Positions 1-7,945 of a stretch of DNA of 31,599 nucleotides are shown piece after piece. The notes beneath the pieces are model-generated. The model saw nothing but the letters and a program-made list of their open reading frames with translations. It ran no database searches and was not told where the DNA came from. Made by a program: the position numbers and the translations under genes. The DNA is from Candidatus Zixiibacteriota bacterium (GTDB lineage: Bacteria > Zixibacteria > MSB-5A5 > CAIYYT01), in contig JBECKX010000003.1 of NCBI GenBank assembly GCA_040235515.1, positions 1 to 31,599 on the forward strand. Direction: 5' to 3'. Each line of letters begins with the position of its first letter. Position 1 is the first letter of the stretch.

Positions 1-516
1 CTTGAGCACTGCGACCAATGTCGTGAAGCCGCGCTGCTGTTACAGCGATATGCTGTTACGGGCACGGCGCCTCTTCCGGATGCACCAGCCAGTTGGATCA
101 CCCGCGCGCAGGCGATTGCCGCTGAAGCGAAGGTAGGCTCCAGAGTGGTAGATCGCGCCAGGCGTTTGACGAATCGCCTCGCACAGGTTGTGTTCGATTC
201 CTGGCAAAGCCCGAGTCCGGTGGGAGTACGCGGCATGGAGACGACTTCCGATCGCCGCCTTCGGTTTAGAGCTGACAACTTCAGTCTCGACCTGCGAGCC
301 GAACAAGGTGGAAAGCACTGGTCTTTCATTGCGCAGGTTCGCAAAAAAATCGACACGGTCGCCAGGCTATCGGTCGACGGCAAAACCATTGAAGCCAATG
401 ATCTCGGTTTGTATGAATGGACCTCCGGCAAACCCGCCCGCCACATTACAGTTCTCATGGATGACACAGAGATTGAGATTCCGGAGCTGACGTGGAAAAA
501 ACCAAAGTCGACATAG
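1..516 (+). CDS. Putative zf-HC2 (ZAS) anti-sigma-factor-like protein, 5'-truncated by the window edge
   Basis: Frame 1 is open from base 1 (LEHCDQCREAALLLQRY...DAPASWITRAQAIA...VVFDSWQSPSPVGVRG...) and runs into the listed 145..516 ORF. LEHCDQC would complete HxxxCxxC if the codon just off-window is His. No TM helix. Overlaps the CHAT gene start by 25 nt. Confidence 0.7.
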   Translation, partial: LEHCDQCREAALLLQRYAVTGTAPLPDAPASWITRAQAIAAEAKVGSRVVDRARRLTNRLAQVVFDSWQSPSPVGVRGMETTSDRRLRFRADNFSLDLRAEQGGKHWSFIAQVRKKIDTVARLSVDGKTIEANDLGLYEWTSGKPARHITVLMDDTEIEIPELTWKKPKST

Positions 517-3218
517 CTGTTGAAGTATTCCTTCGCACCGGAAAGCTGACTGACTACCCGGCGGAGGAGATTGCGACCGCTTGCGACTCAGAAATCCAGA
601 ATCAGGCGCGCAAGTCATTCGCAGCCGCGCTGAAATCAGCCAGAAAATTCGCCGCTAAAGCCGCCAGGCATGGCGGTATCCTGCATGGAACCGCTCAGAG
701 AACGCTTGCGCGCATGCTCCACATGAGCGGGCATCATGAGGAAGCACTTAAGTCCTACTTAGCTGCACGCAGCTTTTATGCACGCGACAGGTCTCTTCGT
801 GGCAAGATCGACCGCGCGCTGACCGACGTTTACATGTACCTGGGAGACTACAAGCGTTCCCGCAAGCATGCCCGGCAGGCGATCCAGACCTTCGAACGCC
901 TTGGCGCCGATTCCGATCTGGCGATGAGCCGTGTCAACTACGCGAACCTCCTCCATCGACAGGACCGGCATCTGGAAGCCGAAAAGCTCTACCGGCAGGC
1001 CGCGGAGTACTTCAAAGGCAATGGCAATAAGGTTGCGGCGGCCAAGTGCTACTACAACCGCGCCAACACGCTCGTGCAGTTGTTCAAGCTTCCGGAAGCA
1101 GAGGCACTCTATAGCGAGGCTATCACGATATATGAGGAAGAAGGATTTGACCTTGACGCCAATGATGCCCGTTACGGGATTGCGTGGTTGAGAATGTTGC
1201 AGGGTCAATTTCATATTGCACTGCTGCAACTTGCAGATTGCGAACGAGCATTCCGCGAGGGCGGCGACCCGCGTGGAGAAGCACTCTGTAAACTTGACCG
1301 GGCGGAGGTTTATGTCGGTCTCGGGCTTTACGAGGATGCCGACGAATGTGCCCGCTCTGCGGAACGAGACTTTAAGAAACTCGGGCTCGACTACGAGCGC
1401 GCCAAATCGCACCTCTTCCGCAGCCAGGCGCTGGCAGCGCTGCATCGACCCGGTGAGGCACGCAGAAGCTTGAAGCGCTCAGCCGCGACTTTTGCGGAGC
1501 AGGAAAACTGGGGCTTTTTGGGGGCCGCACAATTGCTCGAGGCGGGCCTGCACACCGACGATACCGCCAAACGATTGAAGGCCTTGCGGCGCGCGCAAAG
1601 CAGTTTCGAGCGCGCTCAACTTCCGCTCTGGCAGGCAGTCTGTGATCTGCAGCAATCCTCCGAGCCACAACTGGCCGATTCCGCGCTTGAGCGGCTGGCT
1701 CACAACCGCGCCGCGCAGGCGGTGCCACACATTTTCGCAGGCTGGAAGACTACGCTCGGTGATCGCGAGCAGAAGCAGGGGAGAGTCACGAAGGCGCGAG
1801 AATTCTGGCGCGAGGCGGCCGATCGGCTCGACCTGATTCGCGCTCAACTTCCACCGGTGGAGCTACGCACTTCGTGGGGACGACAGCTCAACCAACCACA
1901 CCTGCGCTTGATCGAGGCAACCCTCGAGAGTGACCCCGACAACGCCGCTGTCTGGGCGGAGCGGCACAAAACAGCAGGGGTTTGGGCTCCGCTGCGCCTC
2001 GGTGCGGAAGGGGATGAAGTGCGCCGCAGCGTGCAGACCGCGCTCAATGACCTCGCACAGCAGGTGTCCGCAATCTCGGGACAGATTGGTGGCGGGGGTG
2101 GAGAACGCAACCTCGCGACAAATACAAGAAGCAAGGTGCTCTCGGAGCTTCAACGCAAAATTCGCGAACAGATGATTCGCCTTGAACAAAACAGTGGCAA
2201 AGACGAGACTGACAATAAGTTGCTGCTTTCGCAATTGCGGAGTGAATCACGCAATCTCCCCATAGTCCAGTTCCATCTGGCAGAATCGGACATTATCGCA
2301 TTCGTTCACTTCGCTGGTCAGACCAGAGTAGTCCGTATAGTTGATGGGAGAAGTTGGCTCAGGCAAGCTCTGATGCGCTGGCGGTTTATCCTCGAGGGAG
2401 AGATCCTGGCGGTTCACCTCGCCGAAAAAAGTGAAAGTTCTATCGAGGAGAGCCTGGTCAGTGAACTGGGCGAAAGGCTCTGGAAACCACTTGAGATACC
2501 TTTAAGCGCCAGCAGGGTTTTGATTCTACCTGAAGGTGAGCTGGCGAATCTTCCCTGGAAGGCGATGCTGATCGATGGCGAGCCGTTGCTGAGTCGTCAC
2601 CACCTGGTGCTGGCACCCAGCTTCCGCCACTACCTGGCGGCCAGGGCGAGCCGAAGCAAGTCACGTTCGATTACGATACACCGTGGTAAGGCTGATGACC
2701 TTCCTGCCATCGACCGTGAACTTGAGTCTCTCAAGCGTGGCATTGACAAAAGTGTTGTCTGCCATTATTCTTCAAGCAGGAGTGATTGGCCGGAATCTGA
2801 TTCGGCCAATATCTGGCACTATGCCGGACACGCTGTGCTGCGCGACGACAATCCGTTTTACTCATACTTGGTACTTACTGACGGCCCACTCTTCGCGGCT
2901 GATTTTCGTTTGAAGCAATGCAAAGTCAATCTCGTGACGCTGGCTGCCTGTCGCTCCGGTGAACATGTGGCCCTGCCGGGTGAAGAAGCGACCGGATTAG
3001 TTCGATCATTACTAGAGATGGGAGCCCGCAACGTAATCGCGGGTCTCTGGCCTGTCTCGGATGAAGCGACCGCACTCTGGATGGAGGAATTCTACTCCAG
3101 GCACCTGGGGGGGCGGAGCATTGAGGATGCGGTTCGATCAGCGGCGCTCGCCGTTCGGGAGCGCTACTCGTCCAGCTATTACTGGGGGGCCTTTTCGCTA
3201 TTTGGAGCAGGAAACTGA
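492..3218 (+). CDS. TPR-repeat CHAT-domain (caspase/separase-like cysteine) protease
   Basis: 908 aa. N-terminal helical TPR-like repeats (e.g. LAMSRVNYANLLHRQDRHLEAEKLYRQA). C-terminal CHAT motifs LILPEGELANLPW, catalytic His in WHYAGH, catalytic Cys in LAACRSG, then LWPVSD and YYWGAF. GTG start with GGAG at 483-486. Confidence 0.95.
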   Translation: MEKTKVDIAVEVFLRTGKLTDYPAEEIATACDSEIQNQARKSFAAALKSARKFAAKAARHGGILHGTAQRTLARMLHMSGHHEEALKSYLAARSFYARDRSLRGKIDRALTDVYMYLGDYKRSRKHARQAIQTFERLGADSDLAMSRVNYANLLHRQDRHLEAEKLYRQAAEYFKGNGNKVAAAKCYYNRANTLVQLFKLPEAEALYSEAITIYEEEGFDLDANDARYGIAWLRMLQGQFHIALLQLADCERAFREGGDPRGEALCKLDRAEVYVGLGLYEDADECARSAERDFKKLGLDYERAKSHLFRSQALAALHRPGEARRSLKRSAATFAEQENWGFLGAAQLLEAGLHTDDTAKRLKALRRAQSSFERAQLPLWQAVCDLQQSSEPQLADSALERLAHNRAAQAVPHIFAGWKTTLGDREQKQGRVTKAREFWREAADRLDLIRAQLPPVELRTSWGRQLNQPHLRLIEATLESDPDNAAVWAERHKTAGVWAPLRLGAEGDEVRRSVQTALNDLAQQVSAISGQIGGGGGERNLATNTRSKVLSELQRKIREQMIRLEQNSGKDETDNKLLLSQLRSESRNLPIVQFHLAESDIIAFVHFAGQTRVVRIVDGRSWLRQALMRWRFILEGEILAVHLAEKSESSIEESLVSELGERLWKPLEIPLSASRVLILPEGELANLPWKAMLIDGEPLLSRHHLVLAPSFRHYLAARASRSKSRSITIHRGKADDLPAIDRELESLKRGIDKSVVCHYSSSRSDWPESDSANIWHYAGHAVLRDDNPFYSYLVLTDGPLFAADFRLKQCKVNLVTLAACRSGEHVALPGEEATGLVRSLLEMGARNVIAGLWPVSDEATALWMEEFYSRHLGGRSIEDAVRSAALAVRERYSSSYYWGAFSLFGAGN

Positions 3219-3230
3219 AGGAGCACCGAT

Positions 3231-4649
3231 ATGTATAGAAGAATTTCCACCACAACCACCGTTCTACTCAGCCTATTCCTGCTCACCTGCCTGTATGGTT
3301 CACCTGCGGCAGCGCAGGGACATGGCGAGTATGCAGACAACCAGCTCGTCTGCGAATTGAATATCGGCTACGATATCGAGTATATCAATCAGACCTACGG
3401 TACGTCGGTAGTCGGAATCATTTTCCAGTCAGGGTCCTACTTGCTTGCGGTACAGCCCGGGCCTGATCTGGAGGTCCTCGCTGCCACAATTTCGCAGGAT
3501 CCGGCGGTGCTTTATTGCAGCCCCAACTACTATCTTGACGCACCTGAGCCGTTCCAGCGCAGCACACCGTTTCTTGACAACCAGTTCACCGGTGATTTCG
3601 ATAATCAACCTGCCGCACAGGTATTGGATCAGTCGGGTGCGACGGCCATCTCGGATGGTTCAGCCGTCAAGATCGCCATTATCGACAGTGGCATCAACTT
3701 CACCCACCCCGAGTTCGCCGCCAGAAGCGGTAATGTCGCTTCGGGATGGGACTTTGTCGACAACGACCCGAATGCCTTCGATGAAGCGGGCGGCCCGGCA
3801 TCGGGACACGGCACCTTCATCGCCGGAGTTGTCAAGCTTTTCGCCCCCGGTGCGGAAATTCGGGCATATCGCGTACTCGACACTCTCGGCCGTAGTGACG
3901 GTTTCCGGATCGCTCAGGCGGTAGTTCGCGCTACCAACGATGGCTGCCGGGTAATAAACCTCAGTCTCGGCATGCGCGGGCGCAACGATGCTCTGGATGA
4001 TGCCCTGCACTATGCGCAGGATAATGATGTGATCATCGTGGCAGCAGCCGGTAATGACTCCAGCGACATCCAGGATCTGGATATCTTTCCGGCGAATCGC
4101 GCCTACACCCTCGCCGTTTCTGCAGTTGACAGCGTCAACATAAAAGCCGACTTCTCCAACTTCGGGAACAAGGTCGACCTTTGCAGTCCCGGGACTCAGA
4201 TCTATGCGCCTTACCTGGATTCACTCTATGCATGGTGGGACGGTACCAGTTTTGCCGCGCCGTTCACAACAGCGGTCGTGGCGACGATGTTAGCTCTAGA
4301 TCCTGACCTGACCTACTCCGGTATCCGCGAGATCCTGCGGAGTACCGCCGATGACATCGATCCGCTCAATCCGAACTACGAAGGCCTGTTGGGCAGAGGG
4401 GTAATTAACCCGGTAGCTGCACTCAGCCTGGTTGATGGAACCAACTGCGGCGATGTCAATTTTGATGGCGCGGTGTCGATCGGTGACGCCGTCTGGGTAA
4501 TCAACTATGTCTTCGGGAGCGGTGCTCCACCCTTCAGCGTGGCCAAAGCGGACACTGACTGCAACGGAGAAGTCTCCATCGGCGATGCCGTTCACCTGGT
4601 GAATTACATCTTTGGCGCCGGTCAGATACCGTGCGGCTCGTGCCAGTGA
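3231..4649 (+). CDS. Secreted S8 subtilisin-like serine protease with C-terminal dockerin-like domain
   Basis: Signal peptide ending AAA-Q and a propeptide region. Triad IIDSG / GHGTFIAG / GTSFAAP, oxyanion motif AAAGN. Two GDxNxDG..IGDAV..INY.F repeats at 4446-4646. AAGGAG RBS upstream. Confidence 0.95.
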   Translation: MYRRISTTTTVLLSLFLLTCLYGSPAAAQGHGEYADNQLVCELNIGYDIEYINQTYGTSVVGIIFQSGSYLLAVQPGPDLEVLAATISQDPAVLYCSPNYYLDAPEPFQRSTPFLDNQFTGDFDNQPAAQVLDQSGATAISDGSAVKIAIIDSGINFTHPEFAARSGNVASGWDFVDNDPNAFDEAGGPASGHGTFIAGVVKLFAPGAEIRAYRVLDTLGRSDGFRIAQAVVRATNDGCRVINLSLGMRGRNDALDDALHYAQDNDVIIVAAAGNDSSDIQDLDIFPANRAYTLAVSAVDSVNIKADFSNFGNKVDLCSPGTQIYAPYLDSLYAWWDGTSFAAPFTTAVVATMLALDPDLTYSGIREILRSTADDIDPLNPNYEGLLGRGVINPVAALSLVDGTNCGDVNFDGAVSIGDAVWVINYVFGSGAPPFSVAKADTDCNGEVSIGDAVHLVNYIFGAGQIPCGSCQ

Positions 4650-4696
4650 GGTAACCCGACCGGCCACCAGTCAGGACTATTGATCAGCAATTGATC

Positions 4697-4730
4697 GGGA
4701 CGAGGTTAACGACCTCGTCCCTTTTTATTT
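4697..4730 (+). terminator. Rho-independent terminator after the anti-sigma/CHAT/S8 operon
   Basis: GGGACGAGGT-taacg-ACCTCGTCCC, a perfect 10-bp stem, followed by TTTTTATTT. Confidence 0.9.
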
Positions 4731-4811
4731 GGATTGCGAGCGAACTGCCCGCCATGTCGTTCCTCTGAATACCCCGGAATCAAAAAACCTGGATATTTTC
4801 TGCCATTATAC

Positions 4812-4839
4812 TGTACGGCAAACGGGGAGTATCTGCTCT
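4812..4839 (+). promoter_or_regulatory. Candidate ECF-sigma promoter TGTACG-N17-GCTCT
   Basis: The same bipartite motif and spacing recur at 7730-7757. Lies just after a terminator and about 60 nt before the 4898 start. Confidence 0.5.
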
Positions 4840-4897
4840 GCTTTAGTGAAACAACTGCCGCTGTTGCCGGGCTCAATCAGTGACTCTATAGGAGAAA

Positions 4898-5866
4898 ATG
4901 ATGCCAGGAAAGAAGAGTTTTGTCGGTGCAATTCTTGTCGCCTCATTTGCCGTTCTGTCGCTATTGATCTCCGGCTGCAGCAGCGGCGACAGCACCAGCC
5001 CGGTTGCGCCGAACACGCCGATCCTGAGCCAGTCGCAGGGAGCGGCTGACGGCTACCAGGTGAAAGTGAACTTCGCCGCCCGGATCGAGACCGTTGATCA
5101 GAATATGCGTCAGCTTACGTTTTACGGTCGACCCGATACGGTCGAGGCATTGCAGAACGCGGAAATCATTCAACTCCAGGCGGGGGTTGAGACTCAATCG
5201 CAGTTCGGTGAGATAGTAGCAGGTGACTCCGCACACGTATATGCGTATAGAAATGGCAGTGCACACAGCTACGCTTACCGCATCTGCGTAGTTGCTCCCC
5301 AGGAAGGCTGCGAGTATGACGTGGCGTTTCGTGGGATTATTGAGTCAATCGATTACGCCAATGCAACCTTGACTGTTGAGGGTCGACCGGAGCTTATCCA
5401 GATCACGGTTGAAACCGAGATCTGGACAGTGGTTCCACACCAGATCGGTTCGACTCTCTCCGAGAACTCACCCGCGTGCGAGGAATCGCGCTACCGCTAC
5501 AAAGAGGATCAGCACATCCTGCTCGAGATCACCGATCTCCAGGTCGGGGATGAAATCGAAGTGAGAGCTGACTATGATGAGGTGGACATCCTGTCGGCAG
5601 TAAAGATAAAACTGGCCACCGAGTGCGATAATCGCAGTGTGATGTTCGAAAGCACGGTTGCGACTATCGACTATGATGCCGGCATCATCACCTTCACCGA
5701 TCAGCAATGGATTGGAACGATTTGTCCCAACGCTATTCTGCTAAACAGCGATGGTGAACCGCTCGCGTTAGGGGAGATTGTCGTCGGCGACATGGTAGCG
5801 GTCAAAGGCTATCCGTTAGAGGACGGCACACTCCGCATCTGCAGGCTTACGCTGCTTGCAATTTAA
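4898..5866 (+). CDS. Lipoprotein with three DUF5666-like beta-rich repeats
   Basis: Lipobox ISG-C then a Ser-rich tether. Three internal repeats (FAARIETVD..GEIVAGDSAHVYA; FRGIIESID..TDLQVGDEIEVRA; FESTVATID..GEIVVGDMVAVKG). AGGAG RBS. Confidence 0.8.
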   Translation: MMPGKKSFVGAILVASFAVLSLLISGCSSGDSTSPVAPNTPILSQSQGAADGYQVKVNFAARIETVDQNMRQLTFYGRPDTVEALQNAEIIQLQAGVETQSQFGEIVAGDSAHVYAYRNGSAHSYAYRICVVAPQEGCEYDVAFRGIIESIDYANATLTVEGRPELIQITVETEIWTVVPHQIGSTLSENSPACEESRYRYKEDQHILLEITDLQVGDEIEVRADYDEVDILSAVKIKLATECDNRSVMFESTVATIDYDAGIITFTDQQWIGTICPNAILLNSDGEPLALGEIVVGDMVAVKGYPLEDGTLRICRLTLLAI

Positions 5867-5930
5867 ACCTCTGAGGGTCATCCAACGACGGCGGCACAGC
5901 ATGCCCGGTAGCACCGTCATTGAAGACCCT

Positions 5931-5968
5931 GGGCGGGTGATTTGGTTGGTCATCCGCCCCCTTCTTTT
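5931..5968 (+). terminator. Probable Rho-independent terminator
   Basis: GGGCGGGTGA / TCATCCGCCC 10-bp stem (one G-U) followed by CCTTCTTTT, between convergent genes. Confidence 0.6.
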
Positions 5969-6097
5969 GCTCCGGGGATACGTCCCATTGTCAAGAGAGC
6001 AGGTACGGCGAGTCTTGCCTACCTGCTCTCGGTCATTTATCGATCGATTCCGATCATGCGCGATCACATATGCAATCACACGTGCAATCAGGGGATT

Positions 6098-7417
6098 CTA
6101 CGGCTCGGGCGCCCAGATCAGGCCAAACGAATTTCTTCCCACCGGTATCGTATTCACGATCTCCTGGGTCGCGGTATCGATCACCAATACCGACCCGCGC
6201 TGGTTCATGTCATTGACACAGGCGACATATACCCTGCTGCCGTCACCCGAGACTGTGGCACCGAATGGACGGTTGGTGGGGGAGGTCAGCTCCTTGACTA
6301 CGCTGCGCGTGGTAAGGTCCACGACGACGACGGTGTTACCATACTGGGTCGCAACGTAGAGGTAGTGATCGTCCGGAGTAACAGCCATCAAGGTCGGTCC
6401 TGCCGGCTGGATGGTGGCAGTGACCGGGATCATTACCGAATCCACCACGCGCCGCTGCGAGATATCGATGATGCGCAGTTGCTTTGCGTGCAGACAGGCG
6501 GCATACGCCTCGGTGTTGGCGTGATTGGTGTTTACGCCGTAGGGTCCATAATAGCTGTTGCCTGACGGCTCATAGAAGTTCTCCGGATCGGCATCGAGCG
6601 AGAAGAGGTGGACCGAATCCGCATCGGTATAGATGAAGGTGACATTGTCTGAATTCAGGCTCGCAGCAATCACGATCTTGCCGTCATGTGTGATCTTCAA
6701 ATCATGCGTCGACGCCCCGGTGCCGAATTGATCAACCAGGGAGAGATCGCTCAACTGATACTTGTAGATATTTCCCGGCGTTGTCCCTGCACTGAAGTCG
6801 CAGACATAGCCATATTGCCCATCCTTGGTGACTGCGATCGCGGTCGGGATCACACTCCCCGGCACATTCACCGATTGCTCGAAACTGTTGCTGGCCGCAT
6901 CATAGCGCGCGATGGCGCCGCCGGCGAGTAACGCTCGAGTCACGGCATAATACTTCTCCGCATTCGGGTCGATTTCAAGATAGTGCGGATCAAGCACGCC
7001 GGCAGGGATCGAATCGATGCGGAGCAATGTGCGGGTATCATACTCGAAGATCGTGGCATCGGTCTGATTTGCCACGAAGAGGCGACCGTAGGGATTGGTG
7101 TTGTCGAGGCAATTGGCGCAGGGTCCGCGACCACCACCGAACATATAATAGATCAGGTAGGCGGCATCGCCGATATTCACGCGACCATCACAGTTGACAT
7201 CCCCACCCGATTCGTCGAACGGGACTGTTCCACCCGCGAAGAGGTAATTGACCAGGAAAACAGCGTCACTGACATCAACCAGGCCACTGTTGTCCAGATC
7301 ACCACACGCGGCCTGCGTTGCTCCCAGGGCGAAAGCCTCTGAAACAAAAATTGGTGTTAACAATAGTGTGATCAGCAGCGCGATAGTGCCTGTCAGGTTA
7401 GCGAATAGTCGAGACAT
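6098..7417 (-). CDS. Secreted protein: N-terminal dockerin-like domain plus YVTN/YncE-type beta-propeller
   Basis: Signal peptide (AFA-L). Two dockerin-like repeats at 7109-7306. Propeller repeats such as GPTLMAVTPDDHYLYVATQYGNTVVVVD and RPFGATVSGDGSRVYVA. GAGGAG RBS. Confidence 0.88.
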   Translation of the reverse strand: MSRLFANLTGTIALLITLLLTPIFVSEAFALGATQAACGDLDNSGLVDVSDAVFLVNYLFAGGTVPFDESGGDVNCDGRVNIGDAAYLIYYMFGGGRGPCANCLDNTNPYGRLFVANQTDATIFEYDTRTLLRIDSIPAGVLDPHYLEIDPNAEKYYAVTRALLAGGAIARYDAASNSFEQSVNVPGSVIPTAIAVTKDGQYGYVCDFSAGTTPGNIYKYQLSDLSLVDQFGTGASTHDLKITHDGKIVIAASLNSDNVTFIYTDADSVHLFSLDADPENFYEPSGNSYYGPYGVNTNHANTEAYAACLHAKQLRIIDISQRRVVDSVMIPVTATIQPAGPTLMAVTPDDHYLYVATQYGNTVVVVDLTTRSVVKELTSPTNRPFGATVSGDGSRVYVACVNDMNQRGSVLVIDTATQEIVNTIPVGRNSFGLIWAPEP

Positions 7418-7644
7418 TAATCTGCTCCTCGTAAGTGCCGGGCAAAGGGGTTGTTTCGAAATTGTCCGATGAATGTAACTGCACCGGGATAAACCGGGTA
7501 CACGAGATCAAGAACGCATGAAGATCAAAGATGTTCAACACGGTCAGGACCACTGGAGTCCGGCTCAGCCGCGGATGCTATGATTTAAGCGGTACTTGAC
7601 ATTGCGGATTCTTAATCGATTCAAATTCTCCACAATGAACTACT

Positions 7645-7672
7645 AATATAGCGCATTAGCGGATTCTGTCAA
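7645..7672 (-). promoter_or_regulatory. Sigma70-type promoter for the dockerin-YVTN gene
   Basis: Minus strand reads TTGACA-N16-TATATT in a divergent intergenic region. Confidence 0.65.
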
Positions 7673-7729
7673 CCGGCGGCATACCCCGGCCTGCGGCTTC
7701 CAAATTATCGAGAATTTGGAGCTACACAG

Positions 7730-7757
7730 TGTACGATTTGCGCCGCGGTGGCACTCG
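7730..7757 (+). promoter_or_regulatory. Candidate ECF-sigma promoter TGTACG-N17-ACTCG
   Basis: Second copy of the 4812-4839 motif, upstream of 7946. Preceded by the palindrome TCCAAATT-N6-AATTTGGA (7699-7720). Confidence 0.45.
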
Positions 7758-7945
7758 GTAAGGTAGCGGTAGAGTAACCACCACAGCGGCGGGTTGCCCG
7801 TTCGACCGGGATTGGACCTGTTGCCACGCGCTATTCAGCTTCCTGACATGTCGTTGCCTACCAGCCATTGCCAGCAGGACCCGATTACTTTAGAGAGAGA
7901 AACTTACTCACCAGCAGCTCCACCACTATCAGGAGGTAGGAAAGT

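Noticed and set aside
6038..6092. Short degenerate repeats (GCGATCACA / GCAATCACA / GCAATCAGG)
   Set aside because: About three imperfect 12-nt units with no spacers; not a CRISPR array and too weak to interpret.
5856..6565. Overlapping + strand ORFs of 167 and 207 aa
   Set aside because: They cross or start within a terminator and run antisense to the YVTN gene, with no RBS or domain signal.
7745..7785. c-di-GMP-I riboswitch-like 3' string (GCACTCGGTAAGGTAGCGG)
   Set aside because: The GGCAAAC..GAAA..GGGACGCAAA core is absent, so the resemblance is probably coincidental.
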